A model generated the notes under the pieces. It saw only the letters and a list, made by a program, of their open reading frames with translations, was not told the DNA's origin and did no database searches. Both the position numbers and the translations under genes were made by a program. Below, piece after piece: positions 1 to 9,455 of a stretch of 64,000 nucleotides of DNA (position 1 is its first letter; each line of letters starts with the position of its first letter). This DNA is from Promethearchaeota archaeon (lineage in GTDB: Archaea; Asgardarchaeota; Lokiarchaeia; Sigyniarchaeales; SOKP01), in contig JAGXNO010000011.1 in NCBI GenBank assembly GCA_019894975.1, positions 16,480-80,479 of the forward strand, in the 5' to 3' direction.

Positions 1-171
1 ATCTTGGGATTTTCCTGATTCTATAGTTTCCTTGAGAGATCTTGCTCGCTTTGTATTCCTTTTCCTCTTGAGTTTAGCAACATCATAAAATATAGTCAGA
101 ACCTTACGATATTGGGAATGCAAAACTGCATCTACAGAGATTTTACCCTCAACTACAATAGAAGTTGGCAT
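1..171 (-). CDS. 5' part of a CDS running off the window start; possibly a TrmH/SpoU-family RNA methyltransferase N-terminal domain
   Basis: Manual translation from ATG at 171 gives MPTSIVVEGKISVDAVLHSQYRKVLTIFYD..., open to position 1. AGGT SD-like motif upstream. Resembles the TrmH N-terminal 'xEGxxxVxxxL' pattern (recognition only). Confidence 0.4.
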   Translation of the reverse strand, partial: MPTSIVVEGKISVDAVLHSQYRKVLTIFYDVAKLKRKRNTKRARSLKETIESGKSQD

Positions 172-363
172 TTTCTTTTACCTTTAATTACAAGGATTAT
201 AAAATAGGTTTATATCGTTTTGATAAATTATTTTGTAAGTTCTTCCTATATTATCTTACTTTTATATACCTTACTATTTAAACCTACTCGGACTGCTCTT
301 TTGCCCTCTCACCCTACAAAAAAAAGATATTAAAATAGAAAAAGTTAGATTTAAGAATATGTT

Positions 364-2076
364 TCATTTTTTCGCAAATGGTTCTAGGTCTAATGCTGCA
401 AATAAATCATCATTTGCTTCAATAGAACCCAAGAAGTGCCACTCCCCTTCATCTATATTCTGTCCCGTGCCATATCTTGAGGCCATGTCGTATAGCCGAT
501 TGAAGTTTTCGTAGTGTAGGGCTATTCTGTTTTCCGCATAATCACGTGCTGACCATGTTGTGATTAAGAATGGCCAATCGGAGCTTTGTAAGAGGAGAAG
601 TTCTCTTGCCATTTGTTTTAAAATCTTTATGAGGTTTGGATCATGTGAGTCCTTATATTTCGCAATGATAACTTCACTTTTAGCTTCGCATTCGTAGATA
701 GCGCGCCAAGTGTCGGTCGTCCATTCATTCAACCAGACCCAATGGGATGATGCTTGACCCCAAGATCCCTCTATTATGCTTACTACCTTATTTGGGGGAT
801 TCTCTTCAAGATATAACCTTGTATTCGTTAGACTTATTTCAGGATCATCTTCTATCCATCGAAGAACACGTGCAATCCACCAATTTCCCTCAAACCACCA
901 GTGTCCGAAAAGTTCTGCATCATAAGGTGCTACAACAATGCCCGGCTTTCCATTCTTATTCTTATAATCCGTTAAAATATCTTTAACTAAGTTGACATAA
1001 TGCCCCGCATTTTCATCCAGTTTTCCAGGAATATCTTCTGGCCAATATAGCATTTTCTTCCCTAAATCTAACTTAGCTTCAGTCACCTTCCAGTAACGAA
1101 GACCTCCCGGGTAGTGTTTCTTATGAAAATCAAGATATTCCGCACATCCCGGATAGCCATGCTCTCCAGACCATACTACGATACCCGTCTTTTCATCTCT
1201 TGTGAAGAATCCTACTGGTGCAGGAGTGGAGGGATCGGTTGAAACCAAATATGGCTCATATTGCGATTTTTCAAAAGAAGTGGGAATTTCTTCATACTGA
1301 GAAGCAAACTGTTTCCATAATTCAGCAAGTAAAGGAAATCGAGCGGCGTACACACCTTGTGATTTTCCACCAAGAAGTAATGCTGTATCAATAAAGAAAT
1401 ATTTCAATCCATTTTTAGCAAGATAATATTCAACTCCAGGACGATCAAATTCCTCACCAGTAATAGGGTTTTTCCATCGATATCCAGGACGGTAAGCACA
1501 TTCAGGTAGCCATGCACCTGTAGGAGCTCTCCCAAAATGCCTTTTATAACTATCAACAGCTGTTTTAAACTGGGCATCAATAGAAGTTTCTTTAGAAAGT
1601 AGGGGTGCATATCCGTGAGTTGCTCCACATGTTATTATATCTAAAAATCCCATATCCTGTAGATTTTTATACGCACCTACAATATCCTTATTATATCTGT
1701 GAACAAAATCTTCCTTTACATGAGAATAGAATTCTTGCCACCATTTAGTTAATTTAATTCTACTATCTTCGTATTTATTTTCGGTAAAATCTTTCTCATC
1801 GTGGTCAGCAGCATCTATTTTTTCATCGATATAACCAATAAACCCTTCTACAAAAGAAGGATGGCGAAGCATTTCACATAAAACAGGTGTAATCCCAAGA
1901 GTCATTTTTGGATGGTATCCGTCGTCAACTAATTTATAGAGTTCCATTAGTAAAGGTATATAAGTTTCTGATGCCGCTTCATTCACCCATGAGGTCCCAT
2001 GAGGCCATATACCATGGTTTAGAACCCAAGGTAAATGAGCATGAAGAGTTAAGCAATAGCTACCAATTTCAGTCAT
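364..2076 (-). CDS. GH57 family 1,4-alpha-glucan branching enzyme (DUF1957-type)
   Basis: HAHLPWV, ETYIPL, THGY, WLPECAY (nucleophile Glu), PYDAELFGHWWFEG (acid/base Asp) and QSSDWPF motifs. Confidence 0.92.
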   Translation of the reverse strand: MTEIGSYCLTLHAHLPWVLNHGIWPHGTSWVNEAASETYIPLLMELYKLVDDGYHPKMTLGITPVLCEMLRHPSFVEGFIGYIDEKIDAADHDEKDFTENKYEDSRIKLTKWWQEFYSHVKEDFVHRYNKDIVGAYKNLQDMGFLDIITCGATHGYAPLLSKETSIDAQFKTAVDSYKRHFGRAPTGAWLPECAYRPGYRWKNPITGEEFDRPGVEYYLAKNGLKYFFIDTALLLGGKSQGVYAARFPLLAELWKQFASQYEEIPTSFEKSQYEPYLVSTDPSTPAPVGFFTRDEKTGIVVWSGEHGYPGCAEYLDFHKKHYPGGLRYWKVTEAKLDLGKKMLYWPEDIPGKLDENAGHYVNLVKDILTDYKNKNGKPGIVVAPYDAELFGHWWFEGNWWIARVLRWIEDDPEISLTNTRLYLEENPPNKVVSIIEGSWGQASSHWVWLNEWTTDTWRAIYECEAKSEVIIAKYKDSHDPNLIKILKQMARELLLLQSSDWPFLITTWSARDYAENRIALHYENFNRLYDMASRYGTGQNIDEGEWHFLGSIEANDDLFAALDLEPFAKK

Positions 2077-2260
2077 AATTTATCAATAAGTAAATTTAAT
2101 TCATAGATTTTGAATGTAATATATAATTTTACATATCTTAAATACTAAAAAGGAAGCGATAATTTTTAAAAATCGGTAAAGTTTTATATTGTCATTTAGT
2201 TAGGTATACTATATATTTTCCAATCAAAAATTAAATGTAAATTCACAGATGCAATTATAA

Positions 2261-3649
2261 ATGTCTCGTACTCCGATAAAGAACCTCAGTGAATTAAACA
2301 AGAACGGGAGAATTATTGGTAGAGCAAACTATATTTTCACACCAGAAATATCAAGCTCTATTGGGTCAATTCATGGAAGCATTTTTAATCAAAATGAATC
2401 CATTGTTATGGGGAGAGATTATCATAATGACAGTCGTATGTTGAAAAGAGCATATACTTCAGGTCTAATGTCTACAGGAATTAATCTCCTTAATTTATCA
2501 GATTGTACATTTCCTCTACTACAATTTACAATTAGACGATTTGGTGCTAGCGGTGGTGTATATATTTCTGGAGAGCATTTATATAGTGAAGATGTTGGAA
2601 TTAGATTTCTAGATGCGGGAGGAATTGAGGTTTCACGAAATGAAATTCAACGGATAATTGATTCGTTTAATACTTATCCTAAACCAGTAAGAAGAGTCGA
2701 TCCTAACGAAATTGGGCAAATCACAGCAATTCCTCAGACTGCGGATATATACGTCAAATCATTACAGCAATTTGTTGATAAAAAGAAAATAAAAAAGGCA
2801 GATCTAAAAATAGTTGTAGACTGTTCATATGGACCTACAGGTAAACTTACACCACTTTTAATAAATGATATAGGAGTTGAGGTAATTGCCCTAAATACTC
2901 ATTATCGTGAACGATCCTCAAGTCCCGTTCCAAGTATCAACACAATAAGAAATACTGCTAATATTGTTAAGGCTTCAAATAGTCATCTGGGAGTGCTTTT
3001 TGACGTCGATGGTTCAAGAATATTAGTTCTTGATGAAAATGGAACAGAGATATGCTATGAAGATTTGCTCATGCTATTTGTATCTTATGATAAACGAATA
3101 CAAAACTCAAAATCAAATACTATTATAACAACGCCTTCAATCCCTCCTGTCGTAAAGAAGTTTATAGAAGACGCGGGATTTCCTATTAAGCAAGTTGAAA
3201 ATTATCCTGGAGAAATTTCTAGACAGATTAGGGAAGAAAGAGCTTGTTTTGCTGCAGCCGATACGTTAAAGTTTTCCTTCCCAGAATTTGCTCCCTTTTC
3301 CGATGGTAACTTTATTCTACTCAAAATCCTTGAGATCATGACGAATCAAGATGATCTTCTGAGTTCCTTAACCAAAGGATTCCCCAAAGGAACTAAAATA
3401 ACTAGGACAGTACCAATCTCACCAGATCTCCTTGATAACATACATAATCGTTTGAGGGAAGTCGCAGAGGAAACGGGATACCAATATCATGATATAATAA
3501 ATGAACTGAAAGTCGTAGATAACAACTGTTATGCATTGATTAAAGTAGCTTTACATAGGAATGCAATTATTTTATCTGCGGAATCCGAGCATAAAGAAGA
3601 TGCTCAAAAAATGATTGATAAGTTAGAAAAAATTATTTCAAGACTATGA
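2261..3649 (+). CDS. Phosphohexomutase (PMM/PGM)-like protein with degenerate active site
   Basis: Fold motifs GRDY, VVDCSYG and FDVDGSR are present. The TASHN motif is replaced by SGEHL. Confidence 0.8.
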   Translation: MSRTPIKNLSELNKNGRIIGRANYIFTPEISSSIGSIHGSIFNQNESIVMGRDYHNDSRMLKRAYTSGLMSTGINLLNLSDCTFPLLQFTIRRFGASGGVYISGEHLYSEDVGIRFLDAGGIEVSRNEIQRIIDSFNTYPKPVRRVDPNEIGQITAIPQTADIYVKSLQQFVDKKKIKKADLKIVVDCSYGPTGKLTPLLINDIGVEVIALNTHYRERSSSPVPSINTIRNTANIVKASNSHLGVLFDVDGSRILVLDENGTEICYEDLLMLFVSYDKRIQNSKSNTIITTPSIPPVVKKFIEDAGFPIKQVENYPGEISRQIREERACFAAADTLKFSFPEFAPFSDGNFILLKILEIMTNQDDLLSSLTKGFPKGTKITRTVPISPDLLDNIHNRLREVAEETGYQYHDIINELKVVDNNCYALIKVALHRNAIILSAESEHKEDAQKMIDKLEKIISRL

Positions 3650-3785
3650 CCATTAAGCAAGAATTCTAAACTCTGATTCAAATTCATAAAATATAATTAA
3701 TACATATAGGATTAAAAATTTAAAAAAAAAGGAACTAATTATATAATAATAAAAAATAAGTATTGAACTAGAAAAAGATGATTTT

Positions 3786-4439
3786 ATGCCCGATGCCAGT
3801 GCAATTATAGTTATAATCACGTTTTTTGTGATTTATGGGATATTTTTGTGTTTTGATCTATTTAAAAGAAATGAGAAGTACGCATATTTAAGCTATGTCG
3901 TAGCGGTTCTTCCTGCCAATTTTTATTGGGGCTTGGGTTATGATGTTCTTGTTGCTTACATTATTCTCTTTATTTTGTGGATTCTTAGTTTATTGCGCGA
4001 TACTTTAGGTGTCTATCTTAAAAAAAATAAAGAGATTAATGAGATTCTCTTGTACCTCACTCTTGCTATCATTATTCAGTTGATTGTTAGTGCAATATTA
4101 CCGGAAGCAAATTCTGATTTAGAGAATTATACAGAACAAATCTTATACTTTTGGTTACCCAACGTTCATTCAGCTATTTTTCGACCAAGTACAGTGGGTG
4201 CATTTAAAGTTGCTGCAACTTTGTTGATACTACTAGTTATTGTTCCCCTTATCCTTGACATAAGAGATGAAGAAGCAACACTACCAATCCTAATTGTGTT
4301 TGTTGTAATATTTATATTGCCTTTCCTATATTTAAGCTATATATGGCTTCCGGAGGCAATGGGAGTTATGACATTCCTATTTTCAGTGATTCTCTTTATC
4401 GTGCTTTTGCTGATTACTAAATCAGGAAAGGAGAATTAG
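3786..4439 (+). CDS. Multi-pass membrane protein, unknown function
   Basis: 217-aa ORF with about 6-7 hydrophobic segments. Confidence 0.75.
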   Translation: MPDASAIIVIITFFVIYGIFLCFDLFKRNEKYAYLSYVVAVLPANFYWGLGYDVLVAYIILFILWILSLLRDTLGVYLKKNKEINEILLYLTLAIIIQLIVSAILPEANSDLENYTEQILYFWLPNVHSAIFRPSTVGAFKVAATLLILLVIVPLILDIRDEEATLPILIVFVVIFILPFLYLSYIWLPEAMGVMTFLFSVILFIVLLLITKSGKEN

Positions 4440-4629
4440 CGTAAACAAGTTTTAAGCAAATATCCCAATGAAAACAAAGAATCTTTTTTTTCTTTTTAAT
4501 TCTTTTTAAAAATTAACTCTATTACAATAAGAACTTTTTTCATCTTTTTATTATTATTTTTATATTTATTTCATGATTAACTAGTATTTTATGAGGAATT
4601 CAAATAGTAATATTTCTTTATATTCAATA

Positions 4630-5628
4630 ATGGCAAAAAAAAAAGTTACAGCAGATACTGAAAGTGAGGAGGTAGAGCCCTTATCCAAATCTTCTTATAG
4701 TTTAAAGGATCTGCCAGGTGTTGGGGATGCAACTTTAAAAAAATTGGAGGATGCAGGAATTTTATCAGTTAGGACTCTGGCAATGTATCCCTTAATTAAA
4801 CTAACTGATGAAGTGGGTTTAGGTGATAAAACAGCTGAGAAGCTAGTTAAGACTGCTCAAGACATAGAGAAAATGGGATTCGAATCTGCTGATCTAATAT
4901 GGGAAAAACGTAAATTATTGAACAGACTCACTACAGGAAGTCAAAATTTTGATGATTTACTAGTAGGAGGTATCGAACCAGGAGCAGTCACTGAAGTTTT
5001 TGGTGAGTATCGTACAGGAAAAACCCAATTAGCTCATCAATTATGTGTAAATGTGCAATTACAATACGAAAGTGGAGGTCTTGAAGGAAATGCTCTATAT
5101 ATTGACACTGAAGGTACATTTAGACCAGAAAGAATAATACAAATGGCTGCAGGTTTGGATTTAGATCCTAATGAGGTAATGAAAAACATAACCGTAGGAA
5201 GAGCTTATAATAGTGATCATCAAATTTTATTGATTAGAGAAGCTTCAAGAATAATTGAAGATAAAAACATCAAATTAGTTATTGTAGATTCCTTAATAGG
5301 ACATTTTCGGAGTGAATATGTTGGGAGAGGGACTTTAGCATCTCGTCAACAGACGATAAATTCTCATTTACATGATCTTTTAAGATTATCTGAAGTTTAT
5401 GACGAGTTGGCAGTTCTTTTTACCAATCAAGTCTCATCTAGACCTGATGTGTTTTATGGAAACCCAATAATACATACTGGAGGTCATATTGTTGCCCATG
5501 GAGCAACTATAAGAATCTTCTTAAGAAAAGGGAAAGGAGAACAAAGGGTTGCTAAAGTCGTTGATGCTCCAAATATTCCTGAAAGTGATACTGTCTTTAG
5601 TATTACTGAAGATGGGATAAAAGATTAG
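4630..5628 (+). CDS. radA: DNA repair and recombination protein RadA
   Basis: N-terminal HhH (LPGVG), Walker A GEYRTGKT, YIDTEGTFRPER, Walker B VIVDS and GGHIVAH. The ATG at 4630 (MAKKK) is preferred over 4591. Confidence 0.96.
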   Translation: MAKKKVTADTESEEVEPLSKSSYSLKDLPGVGDATLKKLEDAGILSVRTLAMYPLIKLTDEVGLGDKTAEKLVKTAQDIEKMGFESADLIWEKRKLLNRLTTGSQNFDDLLVGGIEPGAVTEVFGEYRTGKTQLAHQLCVNVQLQYESGGLEGNALYIDTEGTFRPERIIQMAAGLDLDPNEVMKNITVGRAYNSDHQILLIREASRIIEDKNIKLVIVDSLIGHFRSEYVGRGTLASRQQTINSHLHDLLRLSEVYDELAVLFTNQVSSRPDVFYGNPIIHTGGHIVAHGATIRIFLRKGKGEQRVAKVVDAPNIPESDTVFSITEDGIKD

Positions 5629-5656
5629 TGGTATTACAATAAAACGCTTCTCACCA

Positions 5657-6094
5657 TTAATACTTTAGATTCACATTTACTTTGAATCCATTTCTCAACG
5701 ATTCTGCAACAATACAATATTGTTCAAAGAATTTTATACATTGATCTGCGCTCTTACGCATTTCTGGAGTATCGATTTTCGGGATTATCTCAACATCAAT
5801 TTTTTTAATCCTCCAAAATCCTTTTTCATTCCGGGATATTGTAACTCCAGCTTTTCCTTCTAAATCCGATAAAGTAAAGTTTTTTTTTTGAAGACAAAAT
5901 GAAAAACTTGCTGCTAAGCATCCTAGAACTGATAATGCTAACAGTTTTGTTGGAGAGGTGCCAATTTTTTCTGTTTTTTCTACATTCCTTTCGTCTATAT
6001 AGAGATTATCTATCTTAAAACTTCCAAGGTCACCTTTAAAAACCATTTCTTCTACTTGTTTTAAACCAGCTTTAGTATTTAATTCAGTTGTCAT
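5657..6094 (-). CDS. OsmC/Ohr-like protein
   Basis: G.SP..LL..S..GC and EQYC.V..SL Cys pair. Tandem paralog of the upstream gene. Confidence 0.8.
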   Translation of the reverse strand: MTTELNTKAGLKQVEEMVFKGDLGSFKIDNLYIDERNVEKTEKIGTSPTKLLALSVLGCLAASFSFCLQKKNFTLSDLEGKAGVTISRNEKGFWRIKKIDVEIIPKIDTPEMRKSADQCIKFFEQYCIVAESLRNGFKVNVNLKY

Positions 6095-6137
6095 ATATAA
6101 TCATCATAGTTTGGATATTTTTTATATTTGATCTAAA

Positions 6138-6614
6138 TTATAAATCTATATTTACATTCACATCAATACCAGATCTTATAGATTGTGTAACAGTACAATA
6201 TTGTTCGAAGAAGCTTACCCCATCTTTTGCAGATTTTAAGCATTGTTTTGCTCTTTTAAGAGCATCAGGATCGGTTATATTTGGCTTAATATTAACATCA
6301 ATGTTTTTAACTCTCAAAAACTCCTTCTCGTTTCGTGAAATAATGACTTCTGCTTCAGCTGAAAAATCATCAACCTTAAATTTTCTTTTTTTCAAACAAA
6401 AAATAAAGCTCGCACTTAAGCACCCTAAAATAGCTAATCCCAGCAACCTTGAGGGATTAGGTCCTAACATATCAACTTCTTGAGGATGTTCTTCATCTAT
6501 ATAGCAATCCTTAACCTTCATATTCCCTAAATCACATTTAAAAACCATTTGGGATTCAGATTCATCTAGAATGATCCCAACTGTTGTTTTCATTTCTTCT
6601 GAAATTCTAATCAC
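6138..6614 (-). CDS. OsmC/Ohr-like protein (start GTG 6614 or ATT 6605)
   Basis: GPNPSRLLGLAILGC and FEQYCTVTQSI motifs. Confidence 0.8.
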   Translation of the reverse strand: MIRISEEMKTTVGIILDESESQMVFKCDLGNMKVKDCYIDEEHPQEVDMLGPNPSRLLGLAILGCLSASFIFCLKKRKFKVDDFSAEAEVIISRNEKEFLRVKNIDVNIKPNITDPDALKRAKQCLKSAKDGVSFFEQYCTVTQSIRSGIDVNVNIDL

Positions 6615-6714
6615 CTATGAGTAATTAAGTTCTAATTATTTTCCTTATCTGTTATTGAATAGAAATAATTATTGGTTATTTTTTATTATTTAAAAAGAAT
6701 GAAATACATTTCCA

Positions 6715-7305
6715 TTAGCTTGATTCAATTCTCTTCAAATTAAAATGGCGTTGTAGGTGGAATCCTAGAAAGATAAAGTAAATGATGATAATGAAGAAAT
6801 AATTGAGAGCAAATATAGATATAAAAAAAATCATGGAAATGAAAATCAAGACTTCAATTAGTATAACCCTTGTATTTCCATAATATTTTTTATCAAAGAA
6901 GGATCCAGGTCTTTTATATTGAGATAGATGTGTCGAAATATTTGCAAACTCGTCTTTTGTAATTAGTAATTTAAGACCTACTTGTTTTTTTGGAAAGTAA
7001 AAGAAATTAGTTCCCCAATCAAATGTATCAATAATAACATGAAGGGAGTAACTGAGACCACTTAGTATCAATACAATCCAATTAAATATTACTCCTAAAA
7101 CAGTGACAATAATACCAGGAAGAATCGAATGGGTGATCAACATTCGATGATTATTATCTAGCGCATATTTTGAGAAAAAAATATCAAAATCACATACAAA
7201 TGAAAAGATAAGTACTAGGAAAAACTCTAAAAAGTTTAATTCTAAAAAGTAGTTGGAAATAGACGTTATGATAATGCCTATACCAAAATGTATATTTATA
7301 TGTAT
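6715..7305 (-). CDS. YdjM-like membrane-bound metal-dependent hydrolase (probable ATA start)
   Basis: The frame is open 54 codons upstream of the ORF-track start: IHINIHFGIG...FVCDFD...NNHRMLITHS...LHVIID, which carries the H / DxD / HR-THS / HxxxD metal motifs. SD AGGTGA lies 6 nt before the ATA. Confidence 0.7.
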   Translation of the reverse strand: MHINIHFGIGIIITSISNYFLELNFLEFFLVLIFSFVCDFDIFFSKYALDNNHRMLITHSILPGIIVTVLGVIFNWIVLILSGLSYSLHVIIDTFDWGTNFFYFPKKQVGLKLLITKDEFANISTHLSQYKRPGSFFDKKYYGNTRVILIEVLIFISMIFFISIFALNYFFIIIIYFIFLGFHLQRHFNLKRIESS

Positions 7306-7320
7306 GAATACTCACCTAGT

Positions 7321-8295
7321 TTATTCAATGTATTCTTTTCTGCTTGCTCTTTTTAAAACGTTCATTTTTGTTCCAAATCCTGAAGGACCTTTTTTTTCCA
7401 CCAAAAACGAAGCGGCTGCTGAAGCTAAAAATGCACAACTTCTAATCTCATCCCAAGATTTATCCGAATGGAGAAATTCATATAAAAATATTGAGAAATA
7501 TACGTCCCCGGCGCCAGTTTCATCACTAACTTTTTTTGGTTTAAAAGCGGGAATTTCTACTATTGGGTATCCTTTTTTATAAATCAAAGAACCCTTTTCT
7601 CCTAATGTCATAATGAACAACCCGTTTGTGTTGTATTTTTCAAAATAATTCATCACTCTGTAAGAATCCTTATATTCATTTGTAAAGAGTTTTATTTCTT
7701 CTTCTGATCCTTTAAGGATTAAGTTATCTCCAATCAAATATATTATCTTTTCGATATTTGAGATAATATTTTCATTATAATGATAAGAAACTTTTCCTTG
7801 GTTATCGATATTTCTAATAAAACCTTGTAAATCGATCCCTATACAGACATTGGGAACTTTCCTCGAAATTTGTGAAACATATTCAAAAGAGATTTCATTA
7901 CACAAAGGAACTAATACAATAACATCAGGGGGATTGATTAGATATTCTTGGGGTATGTCTTCAAACTTAAGATCTGGGCTTCTTGATTTTAGTGTTAGAG
8001 TCCTAGTATGATCAAAATAATCTAACACGAAATTAGTATTTTCTACATTTGAATGTTTTACTCCTTGTAAATCAACATTCTTTTTTTTTACAGAGTCCAA
8101 TAAAGATATATTGAAATTTTTTTCACCAATATGAGAAATAATGCCAATTTTAACATCTTGAGTATAATTTCTTAGAGCTAATGAACAATAAGAAACACTA
8201 CCTCCAAGAGTAGCCTTACTTAGATGTTTAAATCTAATAATATTATCTATAGCAAAATGTCCCGCAAAAATTATGTTCTTAATTTGATTACTCAT
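7321..8295 (-). CDS. PfkB-family carbohydrate kinase
   Basis: GGS, DLQG, TLGEKGS and DETGAGD motifs. Confidence 0.9.
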   Translation of the reverse strand: MSNQIKNIIFAGHFAIDNIIRFKHLSKATLGGSVSYCSLALRNYTQDVKIGIISHIGEKNFNISLLDSVKKKNVDLQGVKHSNVENTNFVLDYFDHTRTLTLKSRSPDLKFEDIPQEYLINPPDVIVLVPLCNEISFEYVSQISRKVPNVCIGIDLQGFIRNIDNQGKVSYHYNENIISNIEKIIYLIGDNLILKGSEEEIKLFTNEYKDSYRVMNYFEKYNTNGLFIMTLGEKGSLIYKKGYPIVEIPAFKPKKVSDETGAGDVYFSIFLYEFLHSDKSWDEIRSCAFLASAAASFLVEKKGPSGFGTKMNVLKRASRKEYIE

Positions 8296-9423
8296 TTATG
8301 ATGATTTTAATTCATCAATAATTTTATTCTTTTCTTCTATGGTTATTTTTAGTCTATTTATTGTTTTCTGCAAATCTTCCACTAAACTAGCTATGGGTCT
8401 TTCTGGGGCTATCATTTGAGGTTGACGGGATTCTTTAATTTCTGCTATAATTTGATCTTTTGCTTTTAGTTGTTTTTGTAGGTCCTCTACTAATCTCTCA
8501 GATTCGGCAAGCGAGAGAGTTTCTATGGAAATTTTTGATTTTTCTTTTAGAGTTTCTTGTATTTGGGAAAGATCAGATTTCAGCTGGTCATTTTCTTTCT
8601 TTAACTCTTTTATCTCTTCGGGTTCAATCTGGACTCCGCCTTGATCAATCGCACTTTGGAGCTCAGAGTTGTCTTGGTTTAACCTATCTATTACTTTCTT
8701 GTACTTGTTTAAATCTGCTTGAAGATCTTGGCATAAAATTTCTAAAGTTGCAGAAGAAGTTTGAGCAGGTTGAGGTCTTATTATTTTTGATTCGGGAGTT
8801 TCAACAGGTATAACATATTCTACTTGTGATTTTGTTTCCTTTTCAATTAATTGTTCATTCAGACTAGAAATTTCTTTACTTAGTTCTAGGTTTTTCTGCT
8901 CCAATTCAGATACTTGAGACTTTTTCTTTGATAATTCTGATTTTAGATCTTCTATTAATTCTTGGGAGATATCAGGCCCAGTTTCAGAAGCTGTATCTGC
9001 CATAAATTGGACTGCGGATGTGGCTTCATCTAATTTCAATTTTAATTCATTTATTTCATTTTCTTTGAAGTTTATAGCGTTATCTTTTTCCGTTAAGCTT
9101 AAAGTTAATGAGCTAATTTTATTACTAAGGTCAAGATTTTCTTGATGAATTTTCTCTACATTCCCTCTATCAAAAGATCCAGTATTTTTTAATTCCTCTT
9201 TCAGCCTTTCATTTTCGTCAATTGTTTTTCGGATAACTTCTTCTGTTCTACTAATTAAATCTATATTAGCTTGAATTTTAGTTCTTAATTGCTCATTTTC
9301 TTGTTCAACTTCTTGAATACGTTTTAAAGTATCGCCAATAGCACTGGGTTTGTCTGACTCGGTGTCCATTTTCTTACGCCACAAACTAATAAAATCCTCA
9401 ACTTTTTCCTTATCTTCGGGCAT
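8296..9423 (-). CDS. Long coiled-coil protein, unknown function
   Basis: E/K/L/Q-rich heptad pattern over 375 aa. Abuts the pfkB gene. Confidence 0.7.
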   Translation of the reverse strand: MPEDKEKVEDFISLWRKKMDTESDKPSAIGDTLKRIQEVEQENEQLRTKIQANIDLISRTEEVIRKTIDENERLKEELKNTGSFDRGNVEKIHQENLDLSNKISSLTLSLTEKDNAINFKENEINELKLKLDEATSAVQFMADTASETGPDISQELIEDLKSELSKKKSQVSELEQKNLELSKEISSLNEQLIEKETKSQVEYVIPVETPESKIIRPQPAQTSSATLEILCQDLQADLNKYKKVIDRLNQDNSELQSAIDQGGVQIEPEEIKELKKENDQLKSDLSQIQETLKEKSKISIETLSLAESERLVEDLQKQLKAKDQIIAEIKESRQPQMIAPERPIASLVEDLQKTINRLKITIEEKNKIIDELKSS

Positions 9424-9455
9424 AATATTGTTTTATTTTGTTTTTTTAACTAAAT

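Noticed and set aside
6208-6242. 7-aa insertion (SAKDGVS) in the OsmC paralog as a second BHB intron
   Set aside because: It has a small hairpin, but the central helix would be poor (GCUU/GGGG) and canonical cleavage removes 20 nt, breaking the frame.
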